Shown in pieces: positions 30,608 to 39,221 of a stretch of 64,000 nucleotides of DNA. The notes under the pieces are model-generated. The model had not been told where the DNA came from, made no database searches, and saw only the letters and a list, made by a program, of their open reading frames with translations. The DNA is taken from the sequence record OZ195776.1, one strand, 5' to 3'. Position numbers and translations under genes: made by a program. Numbering within the stretch: position 1 is the stretch's first letter; every line of letters starts with the position of its first letter.

Positions 30608-32131
30608 ATGGATATTACAATTTCATACCACAACGAAAGCTATGTACAAATACTAGCTGAACCTGGTGTGCTTCATGAAATGATCGATTATTTTTCGTTC
30701 CAAGCTGAAGGATACAGGTTCAACCCGAAATACAAGATGGGTATTTGGGACGGAAAGATAAGACTCATGACTTATCAAGGTCTCCTACCATACGGATTGG
30801 TAGAACAAGCTCTATCATTCGCGCGTAACATGATGTACAAAGTTGAGATGGATCCAAAGATCAATCCAATCAATGATCTATCACGCGAAGAATTTGATAA
30901 ATGGATTGATGGCGTAGAGATGTACTCAGGCGCTAACCGAATCGATCCGTATTGGTACCAAAAAGATTCTGTGTATCACGCGATTACACAAAAACGTGGC
31001 GTACTTAACCTACCAACATCTGCTGGTAAGAGTTGCATTCAGTCATTAATTTCCTTGTACTTCCTGGAAACGTTGCGTGAATCGGAAGAAGAGAAGATTC
31101 TAATCATCGTTCCTACAACTGCTCTCGTTCAGCAAATGATGGATGATTTCGTAGACTATCGTATATTTGGCTATGACAACCTCTACGGCATTAAAGGCGG
31201 AGTTGACCGCAATGCTATAGGTGACCGCGAAATCGTTGTCTCAACGTGGCAGAGCGCCGTTAAACAGCCACAAGAGTGGTTTGAGCAATTCGGTATGCTG
31301 TTGGTGGATGAATGTCACCTTGCCACTGGTAAATCACTTGATGGCATCATCAAGAAAATGACGAACTGTGTATACAAGTTTGGTCTGACTGGCTCGCTTC
31401 GAGACGGCAAAGCAAACATCATGCAATACGTTGGTTCATTTGGACAAATCTTCCGTCCGGTTGATACTAAGCAACTAATGGAAGAAGGCCAGGTAACTGA
31501 CTTGGACATTAAGTGTTTGATGTTGGAATACCCAGAGACGGTCCGATCTGAAATGAAAGGCTCTGATTACCAGAGTGAAGTGAAGTGGTTGCTATCGAAT
31601 GTAGCGCGAAACAAGTTCTTGATTAAACTTGCGTACAACCTAAGCGCGAAACAAGGTGAGAACACACTGTTGCTGTTCAAAAACCTAAAGCACGGCAAGC
31701 TGTTGTACGAAGCGTTGAAGAAAGTCCATGATCCGGAAAAAGTGTTCTACGTTTCTGGTGCTACGAAGACGGAAGCTCGTACAGAGGTGAAGAAGATCTC
31801 GGAAGACATCGATGGAGCAATTATCGTTGCGAGTTACGGTGTATTCAGTACCGGTATCAGTATCAAGAAACTTCACAACGTTATCTTCGCACACCCAACG
31901 AAGAGCAAGGTAACAACGCTACAGTCAATCGGTCGTGTGTTGCGTAAACACGGTAGTAAGGTTCGCGCGAAGCTATTCGATGTCATCGATAACTTGGCAA
32001 TCAAACCTAAACGTGCAAATGCTAAGAAGCAATACAGTCACGTCAACTACACCATGAAGCATGGCATGAAGCGTATCGAGCTGTACAACCAAGAACAGTT
32101 TGATTACATCATCAGAAAAGTACACTTATAA
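30608..32131 (+). CDS. uvsW: UvsW DNA helicase
   Basis: LPTSAGKS, IIVPTTALV, DECH, GLTGS, LQSIGRVLR. Confidence 0.97.
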   Translation: MDITISYHNESYVQILAEPGVLHEMIDYFSFQAEGYRFNPKYKMGIWDGKIRLMTYQGLLPYGLVEQALSFARNMMYKVEMDPKINPINDLSREEFDKWIDGVEMYSGANRIDPYWYQKDSVYHAITQKRGVLNLPTSAGKSCIQSLISLYFLETLRESEEEKILIIVPTTALVQQMMDDFVDYRIFGYDNLYGIKGGVDRNAIGDREIVVSTWQSAVKQPQEWFEQFGMLLVDECHLATGKSLDGIIKKMTNCVYKFGLTGSLRDGKANIMQYVGSFGQIFRPVDTKQLMEEGQVTDLDIKCLMLEYPETVRSEMKGSDYQSEVKWLLSNVARNKFLIKLAYNLSAKQGENTLLLFKNLKHGKLLYEALKKVHDPEKVFYVSGATKTEARTEVKKISEDIDGAIIVASYGVFSTGISIKKLHNVIFAHPTKSKVTTLQSIGRVLRKHGSKVRAKLFDVIDNLAIKPKRANAKKQYSHVNYTMKHGMKRIELYNQEQFDYIIRKVHL

Positions 32132-32161
32132 AAAAAGCCGCTAATGCGGCTTTTTCTTTAT
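32130..32161. terminator. Bidirectional terminator, identical to 57580-57611
   Basis: AAAAAAAGCCGC-TAAT-GCGGCTTTTTC. Confidence 0.85.
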
Positions 32162-32164
32162 CTA

Positions 32165-32323
32165 CTATACCAACAGTTCAACTTGGTTAAGTTGATCAGT
32201 CGATTCGGTCATCGCCATTTCTTGTAGGTGCTGATGACACGTTCCAGTGTGCACAGTACCTTGTGGCGTTTCGACGACCGGTTCGCCTTCTTTAATAGGC
32301 TGCTTACAAACTACGCAGTTCAT
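32165..32323 (-). CDS. UvsY.-2-like small protein (52 aa), not in ORF track
   Basis: Hand translation MNCVVCKQPIKEGEPVVETPQGTVHTGTCHQHLQEMAMTESTDQLNQVELLV matches the T4 UvsY.-2 pattern CVVCK...GPVH.G.C. Confidence 0.85.
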   Translation of the reverse strand: MNCVVCKQPIKEGEPVVETPQGTVHTGTCHQHLQEMAMTESTDQLNQVELLV

Positions 32324-32325
32324 TG

Positions 32326-32493
32326 TTACTCCAAAAGTTCATCGATGGTTGCTTTGCGAGTCATTGCTTGACAGTAGCATGAATCTTTTGAAAATGGGTT
32401 ACCGTGAAGTTCCCACCCTTCTGCCAATGCTTCGTTCATCGCGGTTTCAAATCCACCAATTGAATGATGGACCACTAACTTGTATTTAAGCAT
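32326..32493 (-). CDS. Small DUF1737-like protein (55 aa), not in ORF track
   Basis: Hand translation MLKYKLVVHHSIGGFETAMNEALAEGWELHGNPFSKDSCYCQAMTRK... Confidence 0.6.
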   Translation of the reverse strand: MLKYKLVVHHSIGGFETAMNEALAEGWELHGNPFSKDSCYCQAMTRKATIDELLE

Positions 32494-32920
32494 TGATATG
32501 TTCCATTACGTAACGTTTAACTTCGGCGCCATCGATAGTGAAATCAGAGTAGTTCTGTTTCAGATAACCCATCACTTTGCCCATTCCGCCCATGTTTTCC
32601 ACGTTCAGTTCAAGACACTTCGATTTAACCAATACTTCCAATTGCTCACCAGCAAGGGATTGTGGTAGATACACAGACAGAACTTCAACTTCGTGATCAA
32701 GCTCTGCTTTTGCATCTGGGCGGTATTGCAGCTCATCTGCCACTGCTTTGATTTGCTTGCTGATGGTTGACTTCACCAGTTCATCAGACTTTTCAACACC
32801 CAGCTTAATTGCTTGAGTATCAACGGTCGCCATGATACGAGAAAGAGCATTCTTCGCAACTACGTCTTTTGATTTAAGAGCAAGCATACGAGCGGTTTTG
32901 ATTTTGTTGTATAGTTCCAT
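32486..32920 (-). CDS. GatB/YqeY domain protein
   Basis: IKTARMLALKSKD, EVEVLSVYLPQ, MGKVMGYLK, DGAEVK. Confidence 0.85.
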   Translation of the reverse strand: MELYNKIKTARMLALKSKDVVAKNALSRIMATVDTQAIKLGVEKSDELVKSTISKQIKAVADELQYRPDAKAELDHEVEVLSVYLPQSLAGEQLEVLVKSKCLELNVENMGGMGKVMGYLKQNYSDFTIDGAEVKRYVMEHINA

Positions 32921-32947
32921 TTTGTGTTTCTCACTTTTTAGTTTAAA

Positions 32948-33361
32948 TTAGTACAGTTTACCAGTTAGGTCAGTTGCCATTGAACGGAATGCGTGCGACC
33001 AGTTCCACTCATCCATAACCAGTTGGTTGAATTGTTGAGCAGTTAGTTGTAGCTCGTCCATAGTGGACATTTCAATCATACGAATTGCACGCTTGTATTC
33101 AGCAGCGTTTGATTGAGGGTGCGTAGGACGTTGTAGCAGTTCGTTTTCACGACCATGCTTTTTGATAAACGCCGCTTGTTTACGGTGGAAGGTGATTGAC
33201 TTTTCACGCCATGCTTCCATAGCTTCCGCGTAGATCACATCGTGCTGTTCAGCGTTTGCTTTAACTGTTTCAAGCAGTTTATCACGATTTACAATTACTT
33301 CATTCAATGCCACAGCATTTCTCCCAATGTTGAGATTGTTAAGGTTAAGAGTGGGTGTCAT
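32948..33361 (-). CDS. Hypothetical protein
   Basis: 137 aa ORF coupled to the uvsY stop. Confidence 0.7.
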   Translation of the reverse strand: MTPTLNLNNLNIGRNAVALNEVIVNRDKLLETVKANAEQHDVIYAEAMEAWREKSITFHRKQAAFIKKHGRENELLQRPTHPQSNAAEYKRAIRMIEMSTMDELQLTAQQFNQLVMDEWNWSHAFRSMATDLTGKLY

Positions 33362-33771
33362 ACAACGCCAGCCTCTAATTTACGCAAATCGATGATGTTC
33401 TTGACCGTAAAGCCAAGATCACGAATTGCTTTGATTGAATCTTCAATGTGCGCTAACACATTCTTTACATGAGCCATCATCAGCTCGGATTTCATCACTT
33501 CTGGATCACCAGCAAGCACGATTTTAATCTCGCTTTTCTCAACGAGCATATCGCTCACCATCTCTGGATGTTTACCAATGTAATACAAGAACTGATTACG
33601 ACGGACTGTATTCAAGTCACGTTCAGCCTTGGCCAACATTGATTTAGCTTGTGCGCGATAGTTTAACCATTTACCGACCAGAATTGGAACGCGATGAGTT
33701 GCTGTTTGCAAGTTCGCTACATCCAATTTCAAATCATTGGCTAATTCTGCTTTCAAGTCTTCTAATTTCAT
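33358..33771 (-). CDS. uvsY: UvsY recombination mediator
   Basis: MKLEDLKAELANDLKLD, KWLNY, YYIGK, GFTVKNIIDLRKLEAG; 137 aa from ATG 33771. Confidence 0.92.
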   Translation of the reverse strand: MKLEDLKAELANDLKLDVANLQTATHRVPILVGKWLNYRAQAKSMLAKAERDLNTVRRNQFLYYIGKHPEMVSDMLVEKSEIKIVLAGDPEVMKSELMMAHVKNVLAHIEDSIKAIRDLGFTVKNIIDLRKLEAGVV

Positions 33772-33791
33772 TTTTCCCTCCACACGACCAG

Positions 33792-33820
33792 AGTATATAT
33801 CTCAAACGCGTGATTGTTAA
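33792..33820 (-). promoter_or_regulatory. Sigma70-like promoter TTAACA-N17-TATACT for uvsY
   Basis: Read on the minus strand just upstream of uvsY. Confidence 0.45.
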
Positions 33821-33848
33821 ACTTGCTTATATAAAGACTTTTAAGGTC

Positions 33849-33856
33849 TATAAATA
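33849..33856 (+). promoter_or_regulatory. Perfect late promoter TATAAATA with no downstream plus-strand gene
   Basis: Exact consensus in the 300 bp intergenic region. Confidence 0.55.
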
Positions 33857-34083
33857 AACTCCTTAAACCCCTAATACAATAACTACTATAAGATCCTGGA
33901 GGATTTTAGCGCTGCTAAAATCGAAACAGGTTCGTAGACCTTAAAATTTAGACGAAATCCGCAAGAGAACACGTCTAGAACCCTCTCTATAACGTTTTCT
34001 CATTAGAAATGATAAAGTATACCAAACTGAACCAATACTGGCTTAGAATCGTTTATAGACGCTCCGAAGAGCGTCCTTGAATA

Positions 34084-34866
34084 TTATAGGTAGTAGTAAG
34101 AAGAGTTTTTAGAGCTCTCAACGCGACCTTTGATTACTGAGTAGTAAGAACCAAGAGCTTTAGCAGCAGCGTAAATGCTTGTGAACTCACCCTCTGGAGT
34201 CATGATGGTCTTACCGGTAGTTTTCTTCGCTGGTTTAACAACAGCTTTTGGAGCTGGTTTTGGAGCAGGAGTGTTTACCTCAGTTGTTTTTGGAGCAGCT
34301 TTTGGAGCAACAACTACGTTCTTGTTTTCAGAAAGAGCTTTGATGCGAGCGTACTCGGTACCAGTAACAACTTTCAATTTACCCATTGTTTCAGCTTTAC
34401 GACCTGGCATCCAAGATTGGCTGATGTTTTGGATTTTACGAGTCATCTTCTGGTAACCGCAGATGTATTCGATTGAACCATCATCCTTTTGGAAGTAAAC
34501 AACGTACTTCGCAGGAGCAGCTTCTGGTTTAGAGATTGAAGAACAACGTTGTCCGTCACCACCAAGTTCAAGGTGAATTTGACGCCAGATGTTGCTGTGG
34601 TCAGAAGTACCACGACGTGTGTGGTCGATAGCGTGAGCAAGTTCATGTGTTAGCGTGTTTACTTGTTCTTCGTAAGAACGAGCGTTGATTAGCTTCTTGC
34701 TCAAACGAATCAGTTTACGACCACCCCAGCAATCACCAAGAGTGCGTGAAGTGTTAGACCACTCAAATTTCCAACCTTTTGATTTAAGATCGATGCCAAG
34801 TTTGTTGTCACCGCTTAGAAGTGCATTTGCTTTTGCTTCAAGGTTAGCCATAGTTGCTGTAGTCAT
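34084..34866 (-). CDS. SprT-like zinc metalloprotease with C-terminal NUMOD1/HTH-like domain
   Basis: RTLGDC, IRLS, TLTHELAHA, H...W, H..LGG..QRC; PAPK-rich linker; TPEGEFTSIYAAAKAL. Confidence 0.85.
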   Translation of the reverse strand: MTTATMANLEAKANALLSGDNKLGIDLKSKGWKFEWSNTSRTLGDCWGGRKLIRLSKKLINARSYEEQVNTLTHELAHAIDHTRRGTSDHSNIWRQIHLELGGDGQRCSSISKPEAAPAKYVVYFQKDDGSIEYICGYQKMTRKIQNISQSWMPGRKAETMGKLKVVTGTEYARIKALSENKNVVVAPKAAPKTTEVNTPAPKPAPKAVVKPAKKTTGKTIMTPEGEFTSIYAAAKALGSYYSVIKGRVESSKNSSYYYL

Positions 34867-34884
34867 GATAATTCTCCGTAGTGT

Positions 34885-34945
34885 TTCTTAATGACCGTTC
34901 CCGGCCGACAGAGCCCATATTACAGTAATACGGATTTGAGACAAC
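34885..34945 (-). repeat. Early promoter/stem-loop cassette, family A copy 1
   Basis: GTTGTC-N17-TAATAT plus leader; 34885-34925 is identical (41 bp) to 56736-56776. Confidence 0.9.
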
Positions 34946-35032
34946 ACGTTTATACGAAATTAAACCAATTAATCGAAACTTTTTCTTTCAGGCACAAAAA
35001 ACCCGCGATGAACGCGGGTTCTTGTTTTGCTG

Positions 35033-35539
35033 TTAAACGATTTTGTGTCGTTCGATTGCATCGTTAATCAGTTCAACCAACTGGTCTTGACTCAGACCAC
35101 CGTTGATTAGAATAGCTCCTTTTTTACCGTGTTTGGTATTGAACTTGTAATCAGCGTAGAAATGCTCCATCATCTGCGCTGTAAACACTTCCGACACGAT
35201 GTTGATGCCGTATGTTTCACCAGCACCTACAACAACGTAAAAGCGAAGGTCTTCAAGTTCAGCACCTGGTTGAGTTTCACGAATCTTCCACTCAAAATCA
35301 AACTCGGTGTTCAGCCACAATAGTGCTTCTTCAATGTTTGCGTTTTTAGCAGCTTTTATCTCGACTTTTTTAGCTGCAGCTTTCGCACCACGGTTTGCTT
35401 CTTGACGCATCTTCGTACGAAGGTCTGTAAGGTAAGAAGCACGACCTTTCTCATCAACAGCAGTGAAACCGTTAGATGAAAGAGTAAGACCGAAGTAAGC
35501 AGCAACTTGTTCGTTAGTAGCAGTTTGAAAGTTAGTCAT
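35033..35539 (-). CDS. Early hypothetical protein
   Basis: GGAG RBS, behind a family A cassette. Confidence 0.75.
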   Translation of the reverse strand: MTNFQTATNEQVAAYFGLTLSSNGFTAVDEKGRASYLTDLRTKMRQEANRGAKAAAKKVEIKAAKNANIEEALLWLNTEFDFEWKIRETQPGAELEDLRFYVVVGAGETYGINIVSEVFTAQMMEHFYADYKFNTKHGKKGAILINGGLSQDQLVELINDAIERHKIV

Positions 35540-35573
35540 GGTGAATCTCCGTTATTGTTTCTATTTGATTTTG

Positions 35574-35626
35574 GCCTTTGCCGGCCGACAGAGCCAATAT
35601 TACAGAATCGTGGGTTCAGAGGCAAC
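35574..35626 (-). promoter_or_regulatory. Early promoter cassette, family A variant
   Basis: GTTGCC-N18-TAATAT followed by TGGCTCTGTCGGCCGGCAAAGGCC. Confidence 0.75.
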
Positions 35627-35797
35627 CGTTTTTTCTCTTTTCCAGGTATATTTTTGGTATTTTGATATAACTCCGTCTTTATACAGGGAATCCACGTACT
35701 CCATCCATCGTAGAATTTCGCAACCTTCGTAAACCATCTCAGAAAATATAGTTCTGGCTTCTCTTTTCGTTATTCTATCTTGCATAACGTTTTCCAT
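35600..35797 (-). CDS. Small hypothetical protein
   Basis: 65 aa ORF whose 3' end overlaps the promoter; support is weak. Confidence 0.4.
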   Translation of the reverse strand: MENVMQDRITKREARTIFSEMVYEGCEILRWMEYVDSLYKDGVISKYQKYTWKREKTVASEPTIL

Positions 35798-35836
35798 AAG
35801 TAAGTTAGTGATAATATTTAAAGGAACTGTAACGTG

Positions 35837-37561
35837 ATGTTGACGTTTAATGAATTAAAAGAAAATGCAGATGGCGTGTATGACTACCACGTTGCACGCA
35901 AAGTAGGGAAAACTCACCTATACCGTATCAGCAACCCAGCGAAGCAAGATATCGCAGTTGCATTTAGTCCACTTAGCCAATCTGGCTTTACATCGACCGC
36001 TAAACGAGTTTGGTTTGGTACGGTGTCCGCGATCAAGCAACGTAAAGGTGGCGCTGTGATTCGTGACCTGGGTGATCCTGGTATGATGGCCAATACCATT
36101 GGCAATGTGGTTGATGAATTCTTCGTAGCGCGCAAAGCTAACGCGGTTATGCTTCGTGTGAATAAAGTTGGTAGTGGTAAGCTGTGGGACGTGCAATTGA
36201 AACGCGTTCTGAAGAAATATCGCCTAAAAGCAGAAACCACTCAAATGGTCGCTAATGGTGAATCAGATATTCGTGGTTCGTACAGCTTCTTCGTAATCAG
36301 TCGCGCGTCATTTAACCCAGACACGCTATTTGAATCAGAAGAATCAACAATCCGTCGTATCGCTTCGATGATGGCTCAAGAACCGGATCCAGCGTTTGTA
36401 ACCGTGTCTATGGCGATGTCTGACGTACCTGGTGCAGAGTTTAAAAGCGAAGAAGCAATCGCTCAGTGGATGGAAGACGAGCCACCTCGTGTTGTAACAA
36501 ACTCATTGCAACTTACTCTTGGTGCACGCTTCTCATACCCACAAACAATCATCGGTCGTAAAATCGAAGCACAAAATGCTGTTAAACAAGCAGTGTTTAC
36601 TGACGAAGACACGCAACGACAAGTTGAATTGCTTCTGAGTGCGTCAGAAGGCGCTATTGAACTGGATTCTGATCCAATTGCAATCGCGAACAAATTAATG
36701 CCAATGGTTCGTAATATTGACATGTCATCTCCGTCAGTAGCACGTGCTGTTAAAAAGCTGACTGCTCACGTTGGTCGTGCCCAAGCCGATAGAACACGTA
36801 ACCAGTATGCGGATTTGTCTGCTAAGTTGGTTGACGACTACGCTGACAAGATATCTCCAGAAGAACGCACCGTAATCAAAGAATACACAGGTCTTGAATA
36901 CGAAAGCATTAACGAAGCGTTGATGCACGGTACGGAAGATTCTGAATACATCGATAAGATCAATACGCTTGATAACGCGTTTAGCTCTATCGGAATGAAC
37001 ATGGGAAATCTCAAACCACGTACGATGTTGTATCGCGGATTGCCAATGGATAACCACGTTGCAATTGAGATGGTCAAGAACAAATCATTTGCGAGTTTGG
37101 CATTCATGTCATCTTCGATGGATCCAATGACAGCGTCTCAGTTTGCTGAATTGTATCCGTTCCGTTTGGTAGCATCAGAGACTGAGCCTGCTGACTTCGT
37201 AAACGTATTGCGTGAGTCTTCGGCGAAAGAGTGTGGCGTGGTATTCATTATCGATCCGGAAGGCGTACCTGGTTTGATTCCTGGTGATATGGGTGTTGCT
37301 GCAGAAACGGAAGTGATTATCAACCGTGGAGTGACGTTCAGAGCTGATCCAGTTAGTATATCGCCAGATGGCAAGTACATGGTCGTTCGATTGTCAGTAG
37401 CTGATAAGAAGGCTTACGTTGAATCTGTTTTGGGAATGGTACAAGCAAACAATGCTGCTGTTGCGTTGGAAGGTATTGCTGATATGATTTCCGTGATGGA
37501 ATTTGATGAAGAAGATATTGGTACAACCTGCGCTGAGAAGCAAAGAAGTCCAATCGTGTAA
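35837..37561 (+). CDS. alt: Alt-like NAD:protein ADP-ribosyltransferase, likely virion-packaged
   Basis: C-terminal ART signature YTG..Y..IN, LYRG, FMSSS, ETEVIINRG; leader MLTFNELKE; CATAAGTA late promoter at 35795. Confidence 0.85.
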   Translation: MLTFNELKENADGVYDYHVARKVGKTHLYRISNPAKQDIAVAFSPLSQSGFTSTAKRVWFGTVSAIKQRKGGAVIRDLGDPGMMANTIGNVVDEFFVARKANAVMLRVNKVGSGKLWDVQLKRVLKKYRLKAETTQMVANGESDIRGSYSFFVISRASFNPDTLFESEESTIRRIASMMAQEPDPAFVTVSMAMSDVPGAEFKSEEAIAQWMEDEPPRVVTNSLQLTLGARFSYPQTIIGRKIEAQNAVKQAVFTDEDTQRQVELLLSASEGAIELDSDPIAIANKLMPMVRNIDMSSPSVARAVKKLTAHVGRAQADRTRNQYADLSAKLVDDYADKISPEERTVIKEYTGLEYESINEALMHGTEDSEYIDKINTLDNAFSSIGMNMGNLKPRTMLYRGLPMDNHVAIEMVKNKSFASLAFMSSSMDPMTASQFAELYPFRLVASETEPADFVNVLRESSAKECGVVFIIDPEGVPGLIPGDMGVAAETEVIINRGVTFRADPVSISPDGKYMVVRLSVADKKAYVESVLGMVQANNAAVALEGIADMISVMEFDEEDIGTTCAEKQRSPIV

Positions 37562-37601
37562 TAAAGGAAAAGCCGGCAAATGCCGGCTTTTTTTGTGCGT
37601 G

Positions 37602-37931
37602 TTAGTTTAGTTCGAGTTCTTCCATTTCACCCGCACCAACGTCCATCACTTTTTCTAAAGGAATCCAACGAGTGCCGTTAAAGTACTGACACTGGTCATT
37701 CCACTTAGAAGGAAGAACGTTGAAACGCCACTTCTCGTAAGGAACCGACTGAACGACCATTGCTTTCCAAGCACATGACGTTGCAGGAGGAAGACGGGAG
37801 TATGCAGCAAAACCAAGAAGAACCACAGCAATTAGAATAGCAAGCGCAGAGCGCTTGTATTCCATCGCAAGTTCCCAAAAGATTGTTGCGTTGTCCCAGA
37901 ATGCAACTACTTTATTCCAGTATGTTTTCAT
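37602..37931 (-). CDS. Membrane protein downstream of dda (Dda.1-like position; start at MKTYW)
   Basis: One TM segment, C-x-W...C-Q-Y...WIP pattern. Confidence 0.55.
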   Translation of the reverse strand: MKTYWNKVVAFWDNATIFWELAMEYKRSALAILIAVVLLGFAAYSRLPPATSCAWKAMVVQSVPYEKWRFNVLPSKWNDQCQYFNGTRWIPLEKVMDVGAGEMEELELN

Positions 37932-37944
37932 CACTTTTACCTTT

Positions 37945-39213
37945 CTAGTAGAATAAACACCACTTTTCGGCACGAGTACTTCCAACGTAAGCAAGTTGTT
38001 TACGTAAGCAAGGATCTGCGTAATCCAAATCGGCAGTGTAGATTGCAGCACCTTTAATGGTGATGCCTTGTGCTTTGTGTAACGTACTAGCACCTAGCGA
38101 TTTGGTATCGACCATGCGATCCTTCAACGCCCAGAATGCTTGCCACATCATCTTACGATTTCGTGACGCTGCCAAACCTTTGTATTCGTTTGATGCACGG
38201 AACATGAAGCGACCGAAAGTCTTCTCAGCTTCTTCACCCCACAACACGCACACCTCTTGAATGTCGCCTTCTTCTTGCTCAACCTCCAAGAATGCAACTT
38301 CAACGTGTTCAGTTTCCATTCGAGGTAGAGTAAGTGCAAACAACACTGGTTCTGGTTCGTTGATAATACGGACAATCTCTCCATTGTTCAACACAATTTC
38401 TGAGAATTTCCCATTTGTTTTGGATACAGGCTGTTGTAATACCAGATATTCGCCATCGACAAATGGTAAGTCTGTTTTGTAAACATGCTGACGAATGAAG
38501 CCGTTTAGGATGTCAACGTTCTTGTTCGTGAAAGCGAACATACGATAGTTAAGCAAATCCTCTGGAGTCTTGATGACCTTTAGGAATTGGTTAATCATCT
38601 TCATTGAATCCGGAATATGGAACATTCCGCATTTTGTTGCTCTATCCCAGTTTGTACGGAACCATCCACCTTCGCGAATTTCCGTCGCCACTTGGATAAG
38701 TGGATTGTTCGCAGCTTGTCGAACAATCTCATCCAAATACACACACTCAAACAAATCAAACAACGGGCTTAGATGGCCATCAGCATGACGTACAGGTTGA
38801 ATCTGATCCTTATCACCAATCGCAATGATGCGACATGATTTAGGGAGTGTATTTAGCATGATATTAACGAGATCGTCATCATACATCGATGCTTCGTCAA
38901 TTAACAGCACGTCTAATCCAGCCAAGTCCGGAACTTCGGATTGCTCAAACATACGTTGGTCTTCGTACGTATCTGGATGGATTTTTAGAAGGCTGTGGAT
39001 CGTACACGCATCTTCACCAGACATTCCCGCCAGTACGATTTTCGCTTGGTGCGTTGGAGCAGCCAAAGCGAATCGTTTCATTTTGGCTTTTAGACCTTCA
39101 ATGATGTACTTGGTTAGGAACGATTTACCGGACCCAGCAGGTCCGGAAATTGTCAAATGTTCGGATGTTTCTAATGCACGATCGAGGGCGTTTTGTTGAC
39201 CTTCGTTTAGCAT
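37945..39213 (-). CDS. dda: Dda DNA helicase
   Basis: GPAGSGKS, AAPTHQAK, CTIHSLLKI, IDEASM, GDKDQIQPV, TLHKAQG. Confidence 0.96.
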   Translation of the reverse strand: MLNEGQQNALDRALETSEHLTISGPAGSGKSFLTKYIIEGLKAKMKRFALAAPTHQAKIVLAGMSGEDACTIHSLLKIHPDTYEDQRMFEQSEVPDLAGLDVLLIDEASMYDDDLVNIMLNTLPKSCRIIAIGDKDQIQPVRHADGHLSPLFDLFECVYLDEIVRQAANNPLIQVATEIREGGWFRTNWDRATKCGMFHIPDSMKMINQFLKVIKTPEDLLNYRMFAFTNKNVDILNGFIRQHVYKTDLPFVDGEYLVLQQPVSKTNGKFSEIVLNNGEIVRIINEPEPVLFALTLPRMETEHVEVAFLEVEQEEGDIQEVCVLWGEEAEKTFGRFMFRASNEYKGLAASRNRKMMWQAFWALKDRMVDTKSLGASTLHKAQGITIKGAAIYTADLDYADPCLRKQLAYVGSTRAEKWCLFY

Positions 39214-39221
39214 GAATTCTC

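Noticed and set aside
33930-33960. GGTTCG motif suggesting a tRNA T-loop
   Set aside because: Not followed by A-N-TCC, and no cloverleaf or acceptor stem can be formed
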